In this document: positions 36,023-47,100 of the stretch, in pieces
Layout of the letters: the number at the start of each line of letters is the position of its first letter
Position numbering within the stretch: the stretch's first letter is position 1
Source of the DNA: Podarcis muralis
Lineage: Eukaryota
Assembly: GCF_964188315.1 (NCBI RefSeq)
Contig: NC_135667.1
Location: 5,704,001 to 5,768,000, forward strand
Direction of reading: 5' to 3'
DNA length: 64,000 nucleotides
Program-made: the position numbers and the translations under genes
The notes under the pieces: generated by a model
What the model was told of the DNA's origin: nothing
Databases searched by the model: none
Seen by the model: the letters and a program-made list of their open reading frames with translations, nothing else

Positions 36023-38041
36023 ATGGTATCATACCCGAGGCTGGCCACCCAGTGGCAAGAAAAATGGCTTGCTGAGCTCCAGCGAGCCCCTGATTTTGAG
36101 GAAGCCATCCAGGAGCTCACAAAGGACCTCTCCGCAAGAGGGAGGAGGGCAGCCCAGGGCAGATGGAGAGGCCCTGTGCAGTACCACAGCGCCACGGCCA
36201 CAAAGAACATCCAGTACTTGTACGACGTCAACAAGGCCGAAGCTCTGAGGAAGATCCTTGAGCCTCCCCCTCCTCCTTGCGAGATCCCCGCCACGGAGAT
36301 CTACAAACACTTCTCCGAAGCGTTCGCTAGCGAGGGCTGGGGCCTTTCCCCGCGTCTGCATGGCTGGCCTCGCCTTCCCGCCATGAGAGGCTCCGCCGGC
36401 CTGGAGAGAGACTTCGCCCCCAGAGAGGTTAAGGAGATGCTCCACCACATCAAGAAGAAGAACGTGGGGAAGGATAAGCTGACGCCCGCCTTTCTGAGCC
36501 AGCAAGACCCCGGGTGCCTGGTGCTGACCGCCGTTTTCAACCAGTGCAAGCGGCTGCGTCGCATCCCCTCCGAGTGGAAGAGATCGGAGACCATCCTCAT
36601 CTTCAAAGGCGGCGACGCCAAGGAGCTGAAGAGCTGGAGGCCCATCGCCATGTGCGACACCCTGTACAAGATGTACGCCCGGTGTCTGAACCGCCGCATC
36701 CACACCTGGGTCATCGAGGGTGGCGCCATCTGCCCGCAACAGAAATACGACACGGGGTGCGTCTTCATCTTGCAGGCTTTGCTGGACGAGTGCCGGCGTT
36801 CGGGGCAGGAGTTTGCCCTCGCCAAGTTAGACCTCTCCAGTGCCTTCAGCTCCATCCCTCACCAGCACGTCTTCAACGTGCTGTCGGAGCTGGGCATGCC
36901 CGAAGGCTTCCTCAGCGTGGTCCGCGATCTGTATAATGGGTGCACCACCACTCTGTCCAGGCTGGGTTGCCCGGATATCCCAATCCAGAAGGGGCTGAAG
37001 CAAGGGTGCCCTCTGAGCTACACCATGTTCAAGCTGGCAATGGAGCCGGTTGTCCGATACATCGCCGCTCGATCCACTGGATTCGTTCTGCACGGCCGGA
37101 AGATCGACATCCTGGCTTACGTCGATGATCTGGTGCTTGTGGCCAGCAGCAGGAAAGGGTTGCAGGACGCGTTGGACGCCGCCAGTGAGGCCACCCGCCG
37201 GGTGGGCTTGCGCTTCAACACCGCCAAGTGTGCGTCTCTCCACGTCCGACAATGCCAGGTCCTGCCAACCGAGTTCACCATCCAGGGAGAAGCGATGACC
37301 GGCCTTCAGAGAGGAGAAACGTTCAAGTACTTGGGGGTTCTCCTGAGCTTCCCCGAACAGCCGTCCTCCAAAACCTTCTACAAAGAGTGGCTTGAAGAAC
37401 TGGGAGAGATCGACGGTTCGCTGTTGACCCCCGGGCAAAAGATGGACGCTCTCAAGACTGTCCTGCTGCCCAAAATCTCATCCTTCCTGAAAGGGCCACC
37501 GGCCGCGAGGAAATGCCTTGAGGAAGCTGACGCCGTCATCGTCAACATGGCGAACAGGTGGCTCGGGGTGGCCCGTAACACCCTCCGGGCCCCCAGGCAT
37601 TGTGGAGGACATGGGATTCTGGAAATGGGACACCTGGCTGATGTTGCAGCGATCACCCACGTCTTCCTTCTGCTGACCAGCCCGGACCCCACCATGAGAT
37701 CGGTGGCGCAAGGCTCCTTTGCCAACACTGTTGCGGAGGAGCAGAACCTCCGTGCAAATCCCTCTGGCAAAGCGCTGGCCCGCTTTCTCAACAGGTCCTC
37801 CAGAGGCCATTTGAGGCTTGGCGGAGGCGTCAGCCCCTGGCACCAGGCTGCCAATGCCACTTGGCACCTCAACAGATCCATTCAACTCCAGTGGTTCTGC
37901 AATGAAAGGCATGTGATTGGCGTGCAGATCCAGATAGATGGCATGAGGCAGCAGTTCTCAGCTGAGAATAGGAGCAGCCTAGAAGGTATTCTGAAGGACC
38001 TCATCTGCAAGAGCTACCCAAGCTACCCTGGGTGGAATTAG
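36023..38041 (+). CDS. Endonuclease-less reverse transcriptase ORF derived from an R2-superfamily (Utopia/NeSL-like) non-LTR retrotransposon; candidate domesticated gene
   Basis: Uninterrupted 672-aa frame. Contains the RT -1/0 region (IQYLYDVNKAEALRKILE), WKRSETILIFKGGD, WRPIAMCDTLYK, KLDLSSAFSSIPH, GLKQGCPLS, AYVDD, FKYLGV, PGQKMDAL and CGGHGI. No C-terminal CCHC finger or PD-(D/E)xK nuclease. Confidence 0.85.
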   Translation: MVSYPRLATQWQEKWLAELQRAPDFEEAIQELTKDLSARGRRAAQGRWRGPVQYHSATATKNIQYLYDVNKAEALRKILEPPPPPCEIPATEIYKHFSEAFASEGWGLSPRLHGWPRLPAMRGSAGLERDFAPREVKEMLHHIKKKNVGKDKLTPAFLSQQDPGCLVLTAVFNQCKRLRRIPSEWKRSETILIFKGGDAKELKSWRPIAMCDTLYKMYARCLNRRIHTWVIEGGAICPQQKYDTGCVFILQALLDECRRSGQEFALAKLDLSSAFSSIPHQHVFNVLSELGMPEGFLSVVRDLYNGCTTTLSRLGCPDIPIQKGLKQGCPLSYTMFKLAMEPVVRYIAARSTGFVLHGRKIDILAYVDDLVLVASSRKGLQDALDAASEATRRVGLRFNTAKCASLHVRQCQVLPTEFTIQGEAMTGLQRGETFKYLGVLLSFPEQPSSKTFYKEWLEELGEIDGSLLTPGQKMDALKTVLLPKISSFLKGPPAARKCLEEADAVIVNMANRWLGVARNTLRAPRHCGGHGILEMGHLADVAAITHVFLLLTSPDPTMRSVAQGSFANTVAEEQNLRANPSGKALARFLNRSSRGHLRLGGGVSPWHQAANATWHLNRSIQLQWFCNERHVIGVQIQIDGMRQQFSAENRSSLEGILKDLICKSYPSYPGWN

Positions 38042-38422
38042 GCCTCGTGTGGCTCAGGCACAAGGCACAAGCCCCTGCTGTTCTCTTGCAAGCTGATCCC
38101 GGACTCTTAACCTCAGACACTGTGCAGACGAATTCTCTCGACCTCACCAAAGCTCAGACCTGGAGAACAATTGTCTTTCAGCCAGTTTCCACCCAATGTC
38201 CATGCAGGTGTCCGTGTGCTTCTCCTGGTCTGTAACTGTGGGTGGGTGGGTGGGAACTGGACAATTGCGGTCCCAGGAGTGAATTGGTGGAAAGGGTTCG
38301 GGGGGGGGGGAGTAAAAGGGCTGCATTCCATTCATTTTGACTCGGACCCATTGAAATCAATGGCCACGTCTAGCTTCTGTCCATTGGTTTTGTTGGGTCT
38401 CCTTGCAGAAAAAGCTAAATTG

Positions 38423-38428
38423 AATAAA
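38423..38428 (+). promoter_or_regulatory. Candidate polyadenylation signal for the RT ORF
   Basis: AATAAA about 380 nt after the stop codon, in non-repetitive-looking sequence. Confidence 0.4.
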
Positions 38429-38640
38429 GCCCACAGGGATTAAGCATATACAAGAACAAGTCTTGCTGAGGAAGGATTCTGTAAAGGGGAATCTTGCCTC
38501 GCCAAACTTCTGGATTTTTTTTTTAATGGGAGTGCTAATAGGCATGCTGATAAAGATGGACCTGGTGGATACTGTGTATATACTTCATGTTCCAAAATGT
38601 TTCTGACAAAGTCCCTTGTGGCCAACTAAATTTAGCCACC

Positions 38641-39790
38641 GTGGAATAATAATAATGATAATGATAATAATTTTTTATTTATATCCTGACCTCCCCGGCC
38701 AAAGCTGGGCTCAGAGCGGCTAACAACAAGTAAAAATAGCACAGTGTACATAAAATCACACAGTCAGTTAATTAAAATACATTCTAAAATCAATTCAGAA
38801 TCAAATTAATGGCAACCATTGGGCTACAGTTCTATGAGGATTACAGGAGACAGGGGGTCAGACTGTGCCTTGGCCAAAGGCCTGGTGGAACAGCTCTGTC
38901 TTGCAGGCCCTGCGGAAAGATGTCAAGTCCCACAGGGCCCTAGTCTCTTGTGGCAGAGTGTTCCACCAGATTGGGGCCACGACCGAAAAAGCCCTGGCTC
39001 TGGTCAGCCTAACCTCCCTGTGGCCCGGGATCTCCAAGATGTTTTTATTTGAAGACTGTAAGGTCCTCCGTGGGACATATCAGGAGAGGTGGTCCCGTAG
39101 GTACGGGGGTCCTAGGCCATATAGGGCTTTAAAGGTTAAAACCAGCACCTTAAACCTGATCCTGTACTCCACCCGGAGCCAGTGCAGCTGGCATAGCACT
39201 GGGTGAATGTGAGGACCCCGTAAGTAGTCTCGCCGCAGCATTCTGCACCCGCTGGAGTTTCTGGGTCAGTCTCAAGGGCAGCCCCACGTAGAGCGAGTTA
39301 CAATAATCCAGTCTGGAGGTGACCGTCGTGTGGATCACAGTGGCGAGGTCAGGGCGAGAGAGGTAAGGAGCCAACTGCTTAGCTTGGTGGATGTGAAAAA
39401 ATGCCGCCTTTGTTCAGGGCCGTCTTAAGCCTATCCGGCGCCGTGGTGCAAAGAATCCCCCTTTCCCAGCGTTGTCGACCTTTCCCCAAACCTCTGCGGG
39501 GATCGCTGTCCTGCAGCGAAGGCTTGGGAAGGAAGCTGCAATCCCGCCAGCCATATGTTTGACGGGGCGCAGCTGGTGGACGTGCAGGGAAAGGGGAGGC
39601 CGCCGGCAAAGCCGCACAGCTCCCCCACTTGCTGGGGGCGGCCCTGAGAGGCCGGCGCCCTGGCGCAACGCTCCCATAAGCCCAATGGAAAAGACGGCCC
39701 TGCCTCTGTTACGGCTGCAACCTGCGCCTCCATAGAAAGGGAGGTGTCGGAGATTATACCCAAACTCTTAACGGACGGCGCTGGCACTAA
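38641..39790 (-). mobile_element. L2-type LINE fragment (second family), interrupted by a hAT MITE
   Basis: VTSRLDYCNSLYVGLPL...VQNAAARLL. Confidence 0.75.
39415..39702. mobile_element. hAT MITE
   Basis: TIR CAGGGCCGTCTT; TSD CCTTTGTT/CCTCTGTT. Confidence 0.8.
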
Positions 39791-40170
39791 TTGCGCCCCC
39801 GAAAGAGATGGGAGTTGCCCCCCCAATCCCATATCGTCCAGACCCAGCCAAAGGACCTCTGTCTTCGAAGGATTTCAGGAGAGCTGTCCTTTGGGTTAGT
39901 AGCTCCAAGTGTCATTAAGACTCCCAGTTCCCATCAGCCTGAGCCAGCACAGTCAATGATCAGGCATGATGGGAGTCGTAGTTCAACCATTTTTGGAGAC
40001 CACAGCAGTTGGCTATGGCTGTCCTCTAAGAAACCTGCAGGCAGGATGCAAGCACCGGGATCCAAGCGCCTGTGTTTTTCAGCAACTGAGCATAGATATT
40101 ACGGCTAGGAGCCATCAATAGTTTCTATAATTTGTCCAGTCCTATTTTAAAGCCATTAGGTTAGCAGGAA

Positions 40171-40534
40171 GGGGACGCGGGTGGCACTGTGGGTAAAAGC
40201 CTCAGCACCTAGGGCTTGCCGATCGAAAGGTTGGCGGTTCGAATCCCCGCGGCGGGGTGCGCTCCCGTTGTTCGGTCCCAGCGCCTGCCAACCTAGCAGT
40301 TCGAAAGCACCCCCGGGTGGAAGTAGATAAATAGGGACCGCTTACTAGTGGGAAGGTAAACGGCGTTTCCGTGTGCTGTGCTGGCTCACCAGAGCAGCGA
40401 TGTCACGCTGGCCACGTGACCCGGAAATGTCTCCGGACAGCGCTGGCCCCCGGCCTCTTAAGTGAGATGGGCGCACAACCCCAGAGTCTGTCAAGACTAG
40501 CCTGTACGGGCAGGGGTACCTTTACCTTTACCTT
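40171..40534 (+). mobile_element. Sauria SINE, full length with 15-bp TSD
   Basis: TTAGGTTAGCAGGAA at 40156-40170 and 40535-40549. Confidence 0.9.
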
Positions 40535-42249
40535 TTAGGTTAGCAGGAAAGGAGGGCAATAAGTATAAGAGGCTACCATATGTGGTGGCAATGTAAAATG
40601 GTTAAAAAGGGCCTGGGAAAAGACATATAAAGATTTGAAGAAAATGTGGGAAATGACTGTTGTTAAAAAAACCCCTGAAGTTGTGATACTGAGATGTACA
40701 GGATTTGATGGACTTATCAATAGAAAGACTTGATTCCAGTATTTGAGAATGAATCCCAGGCCAGGATCAGCCCATCTCTATAGAAGCAAGAAGCCATCGC
40801 CAAAGAAGACTGGCAAAACAAATCTATGAACTATGCAGGACATATTAGATAATCTGAATGCATTTTTTTGAAGCTTTGCGTATAGGTTTCTACATTGGTA
40901 TAACCTTTAAAAGTCACCTGTAATAAGACGGAAAGGTTTCAAAATTGGATTGTTAAGAATAGAAGGTTTTATGGATGTGCATGAATACGTGCTAAACGAT
41001 GAAACCAAGAGGGGGAGTCAACTAAAATTGTGGTTTAAAAATGTGTTCATGGTTTTTTAATATATATACATTGTTGTTGTTTTTATGCATTGTTGTTATT
41101 TTATTTTATTTTATTTTATATTTTATTTTATTTTATTTTATTATTATATGTTATTTTTGGGAGATGAGTAAAATCTCCTAAAAAAACACACATAAAAATC
41201 AAAAGTCATCTAGGCATGGAGTTCCACAGTTTAACTAGAATGACATGTATATATTGACGGGGCTCAACGACCAATCCGGAAAGAGAGTCATGTCATGACA
41301 TGGAATGAAGTCTTTGGCGCAACAATTCTTTATTTCCTTAGGATTTTTTAGATTGGCAGGAATTTCGCCCCCTCTCAGCCAGCCTGCCGCTTGCTACAGC
41401 TGCTTCAGGCTGTGTTGCCGTTTCGTCCATCTTCTCTGAATGCTAACTTTTTGCCGCCTCACAAAAACCCTTTCGGGTTAAAAAGCAGGATGTTCGCTGC
41501 TGAAAAATCATGGCACCCATGGCAAAGATGACTTAATTCAGCCACTGCTAACATATATATATCTCACAAAAGCGCTGGCTTGTTTCGCACTCTGCACGTC
41601 CTATATTCTCTACCTGACATTGCTGTCATCTGAATGTGTGTTTCGTGGCTGTTTGTGTTAGTGCAGGCAGTGGTGGTGCAGTGGTTAGAGCACTGGACCA
41701 GAGATCAGGGTTCGAATCTCCCACTCAGTCATGAAGCTCCCTGGATTTGACCTTTGACATCGGTCCCTGCCTCTCTCAGCCTAGCCCTACCTCACAAGGT
41801 TGTTGTGGCGATTAAAAAACCACGCACACCACACCTGCAACACTTAGGAGAAAAAGGTGAGGTAGAAATGAAACAAACAAACAAACAAACCACAATCTTA
41901 AGCATTTCTAATAATTTCTAATGTCTGATCAACATTTTCTGGCCTTTGAAATGTGTTTGTGGGAGGGGGGGTTAAGGGTTTGGGTTTTTTTACCTTGTTT
42001 TTATTATGTATTGTGTGTTTTTATTTTGTATTTTTATACTGTGAACCACCCTCGCATCTTTGGGTGAAGGGCGGTGTACAAATTTAAAGAAAAATAAATT
42101 TAAATAAAGATCTTGTTGGCCCTTTGAGGATGTCTGAACCAGGTAACTGTGGCCCTGACCAAGGAAGGGGTTGGAAGTTTGATTCCTCTACAAAATACTG
42201 AAGAATATCTGTCCTGAAGCCATGAACACCATACATAGATTTGTGAAAG

Positions 42250-42296
<47 letters not shown>

Positions 42297-42401
42297 TTAT
42301 TTATACCCCACCCATCTGGGTGGCTTCCAACAAAATATTAAAATACAATAGTCCTTCATATATTAAAGGCTTCCCTAAACATGCCTTGAGGTCTGGCTCA
42401 T

Positions 42402-43193
42402 GTTGTTGTTTAGTCGTTTAGTCGTGTCCGACTTCGTGACCCCCTGGACCAGAGCACGCCAGGCACTCCTGTCTTCCACTGCCTCCCGCAGTTTGGTCGA
42501 AATCATGCTGGTCTCTTCGAGAACACTGTCCCACCATCTCGTCCTCTGTCGTCCCCTTCTCCTTGTGCCCTCCATCTTTCCCAACATCAGGGTCTTTTCC
42601 AGGGAGTCTTCTCTTCTCATGAGGTGGCCAAAGTCTTGGAGCCTCAGCTTCAGGATCTGTCCTTGCAGTGAGCACTCAGGGCTGATTTCCTTCAGAATGG
42701 AGAGGTTTGATCTTCTTGCAGTCCATGGGACTCTCAAGAGTCTCCTCCAGCACCAGAATTCAAAAGCATCCATTCTTCGGCGATCAGCCTTCTTTATGGT
42801 CCAGCTCTCACTTCCATACATCACTACTGGGAAAACCAGAGCTTTAACTATACGGACCTTTGTTGGCAAGGTGACGTCTCTACTTCTCAAGATGCTGTCT
42901 AGGCCTGTCATTGCCCTTCTCCCAAGAAGCAGGCGTCTTTTAATTTCGTGGCTGCTGTCACCATCTGCAGTGATCATGGAGCCCAAGAAAGTAAAATCTC
43001 TCACTGCCTCCATTTCTTCCCCTTCTATTTGCCAGGAGGTGATGGGACCAGTGGCTATGATCTTCGTTTTTTTGATGTTGAGACCATATTTTGCGCTCTC
43101 CTCTTTCACCCTCATTAAAAGGTTCTTTAATTCCTCCACACTTTCTGCCATCAAGGTTGTGTCATCTGCATATCTGAGGTGGTTGATATTTCT
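42402..43193 (-). mobile_element. Bov-B/RTE LINE, 5'-truncated
   Basis: RT C-terminal peptide through the tail; TCTGGCTCAT on both flanks. Confidence 0.9.
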
Positions 43194-43522
43194 TCTGGCT
43201 CATAGGAACATACCTTGATTTGGGAATCCCAAGTAGCCACACATAACAAACTACGCTTGCTGATTTCCTCCCTCTTCTACACAATTCTCAAAAGTGAAGG
43301 AGCCCTGGCTTCTTTCTCACCCGACCACCATACCTGTGTCATACTAAAGCCGGCCGTTACTAATCTAGAAATCCAACCTGCAGATACACCTTCTGAAACC
43401 TGGGAGACTTGGGCCAAGGATTCTGTGCTCGGGGGCACCAAAACGATATTGGTTTGTTGAAAACAACGACGGCAAAGGCGCAGCACAAAAGGAAAATGGG
43501 TTGGGAGGGAGGAGGAAATGAG

Positions 43523-43897
43523 CAGACGCCGCTTGGAACCCAAAGGCTTCTAAAGGACCACTTTGGCCTCAGCCAAAGAGCAAAACTAACTCTTTTCCAA
43601 ATCTGTGTACTCTCTGGGTTGCTAAAAGCATTTGCTCCTGGTTGCTACTGAGAGATGAACCGCCTCTCGTGGGCTAATTCATAGAGCAATCATATTTGCA
43701 CAGTAGTAAATCCCAGTGAGTTCAATCTGCAATGCTGTTCACACTTATCCGGGAGTAAGTTTCATTTAACACAATGGGGCTTGGTGATTATATAAAGAAA
43801 ATACAGTTATAAAGGGGAAACCAATGAAATTTATAAACTATTAGTAGAAATGGAGGATCAAGAAGATCAATTAAAAGAGGTGTGTGAAAAGGAGACG

Positions 43898-43940
<43 letters not shown>

Positions 43941-44186
43941 TTTTATTTATATCCCGCCCTCCCCAGCCGAAGCCGGGCTCAGGGCGGCTAACAACAATAA
44001 AACAGTACAAAAGTACAGCATAAACAGCACTCTAAAACCATTCATTATAAAATTAATTAATTCAAGCCACTGGCAACCATTGGGCCAGAGCTCCGCGAAG
44101 ATTGCCGAGGGAGGGAGTCAGGCTGTGCCCTGGCCAAAGGCCTGGTGGAACAGCTCTGTCTTGCAGGCCCTGCGGAAGGATGTCAA
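43523..44186 (+). repeat. 664-bp direct repeat, copy 1 (left flank of the LINE)
   Basis: CAGACGCCGCTTGGAACC...GGATGTCAA; appears identical to 47953-48619 apart from one AAT unit. Confidence 0.95.
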
Positions 44187-47100
44187 CTCAAACCTTTATT
44201 GCATTAGCAAACTGCCATAGCAAAATAAGACAATACAAAAAAGAAAAAAGACAAACTAGAGACAAGCAACCCAGCAAAATTCAGGTGTTTTGGCTGGCGT
44301 AGTGACATTTAAGTTACCCGAAGACAATAATGCAAAGATATAGTAGCCAGCGCCCAAAAACTAGTATGCGGGTATATATAAAGCACAAAATGGCCCCAGA
44401 ACAGACTCAGCATATTGAGTTAAAAGTAATAAAAGAATTAAAACAGGTCCAGGTCTAGGGCACGCTACCCTGTCAGAGTAGCCCTGAGTTTCAGAGCCTG
44501 CACTATGAAGATTGCCACCCCACGTGAGATTTGGGGATTTGCGTCCACAAGAAGCGATTTCAAACAGTCTTCCTTAGATGTAATGGTGGACGGGATCAAA
44601 AGGAGGAGCTTAGATCTTATTGGCTCATAAATAGGGCAGTAGAAAAAGAAATGTATGAAGTCCTCTACTTCATTCATTGTGCATGGACATAGACGCTGGG
44701 TAATAGGGGTCTTAGAGTAAATCCCCTGCAGGAAGGCCGTGGGTATAGAATGGAAGCGGGCCATTGTAAACGCTCTTCTCAAATTGGGCTCCGTCAGGTC
44801 TATCAAGTAGTTGGCAAGTGATCTTACCACTTTCACTTTAGGGAGCCACATGGAAAGGCGAGCTGAGGTGGACTGTGCCCGGTCCATGGCCTCGTCTCTT
44901 GTAAGAATCCAGGCCCGGATTTTATGTTTGTCCCAAGAGGACAGCGAGTCAAGATTTGGGAGAGAGTAGCGTGCAGTAATAGTCACCATGGCCTTGGACC
45001 ATTTATTGCTTTGAGAACACGTTAAAAAGGCTTGCCTGGCTAGTAGGGAACCTGGGGCATTGATTAATTTACAATAAAAGCTAATAATTCTAATGTGGGC
45101 TCTCGCAACAATGGAGGGGAGGCCCAGTTCTGTTCTTAACTGTGCTGCAACCGAGCCCTTGGGGAGACCCAGTATCTTCCGTGCAAAAGAGTTTTGTAGA
45201 ATCTCCAGCCGTTGTAGTGTTTTTAAATTCCACCCCCAGATTTCAACCCCATACAGTAACATCGGGAGGACTTTGCTGATAAATGCTTTTCTGATTGGTG
45301 GAACCAGCTGGCCGCCTTTTGCATAGTAGAATTTCTCCAAGGCTTTGATGGTTCTGCGGGCAGCCAGGATGGTTGTATTTAGGTGAGCTGACCAGCTAAG
45401 CCCATGCTGAAAAAAGATACCCAAATACTTGAATGCTGAACAATGTTCAATAGAATGGCCCTCAAAATTCCAGAGTGACTTCCGAGTTTTCGTGCCAAAA
45501 GTAAGAATTTTGGTTTTGGCGAAATTAATTTTAAGGGAGTTGGTATCACAATATGTCATGAGCCCTCTGAGCGTGTTGTTTAAGCCCAGCTTGGTTAATG
45601 ACAGTATCACCATGTCGTCCGCATAGAGTAATATGGGGATCTTGAGCTGTTGTAAGGAGGGGGCAGATTGATTTAGGGCCTTCATAGTTGTGACGATGTC
45701 ATTGATATAGAAATTGAATAGAAAAGGGGCCAAGAGGCAACCCTGTTTGACCCCTTTATTCAGAGGGAAAGAATCAGAAAGAGCTCCCAGAGGGCCGAAT
45801 TTTACTCTGGCCGATATGTCATTATGAATTTCCATAAGAAGGAGGAGGAGTCTCTTATCTATGCTGGTATGACTAAGCTTCTGCCATAGCCTATCTCTGG
45901 GAATGGAGTCAAAGGCGGAGGTCAGGTCCACAAAAGCCGCGTGTAGTTTGCAGTTGAACCTGTTTAGGTATTTATCAATCAGGGTAAGTAGAACAAGACA
46001 TTGGCCAGATGTGCTGTGACCTTTGCGGAAGCCAGCCTGTTCCGGATGGAATAGCTTTGTTTCTTCTGCCCACTCAATTAATTTCTCTAGCAAGAATCTA
46101 GAGTAAACCTTGTATGATATGTCCAACAGGCTGATAGGTCGGTAGTTACGCGGATCTTGTGGGTCCCCCTTTTTATGTATTGGGATAACTATGCTCTGTT
46201 TCCAGTTAGGTGGGATCTTAAGAGTAGCATTAATGGTGGTAAAGAGAGATGCTAAGATAGGGGCCCACCACGACTGGTTCGATAAGAATACCTCAGGTGG
46301 TATCATATCCTCCCCCGGGGATTTATCCCCTGATAGCATGCTAATTAGTTGAGTACATCTCTCTGGGGAGACTGGCTCCCAGGTGGGCAAGGCAGATGCT
46401 GGAAGGGTGGTGACTACATTTACGTCAGAATCTGAGGTGGAATACAGCTGAGCAAAGTGAGAGTGCCAGCTGGCTGCTGTGATGTTATTAACAATGAATG
46501 AGGGGGGTCTTAGACCTGCATTAATTAAATTCCAAAATTTCTTGTCGTCACGGGTTTTAATGGCCACTGACAGAGCCGACCAGCGTTCTTTCGCAAAGAG
46601 CAATTTCTTATGTTGGAGCAGCTTCTTATAGTATGAACGAAATTGGGCTAACTCCCTGATTTTGCTCTGAGTGCTGTCTGATTTCATGTCAGACTGAAGA
46701 AATCTAAGCCTACTTCTGCACTGTTTGCATTCTTGGTCGAACCAGGTTTGATTCTTCCAGGTTAGAATCGCACGGGAAGGTTTCGTAAGCGAAGGGAGCA
46801 AGTAGGCTAGAATTTGCTGGAAAATTGAGAAATGATTCACATTCGTTGTTAACAGCTGAGCTTTCAGGGCTAGGATCTCAGGGGAATTTAGGAGGACTTT
46901 TATGTCTTGCTCCAGGTAGATGTCCCACTTCTTGCGTCCGGGGGCCAAGGTCAGTGAATCCTGGGGGTGTGGTGAGCTGGGAGGCCCCAGCTGTGTGTGG
47001 TGAAAGGAGATGGCAATTGGAAGGTGGTCACTTTCGGTTCTGTTGAACACGTTGAAACAGTATGCCTCATCATTAAATGCTGAGGAGGACCAGATGTAAT

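Noticed and set aside
35560-36075. 171-aa ORF as an N-terminal extension or zinc-finger region of the RT protein
   Set aside because: It is in a different frame, the RT frame has a TGA at 35987-35989, and no convincing C2H2 pattern is present. A frameshift at the (GA)n tract cannot be excluded without reads.
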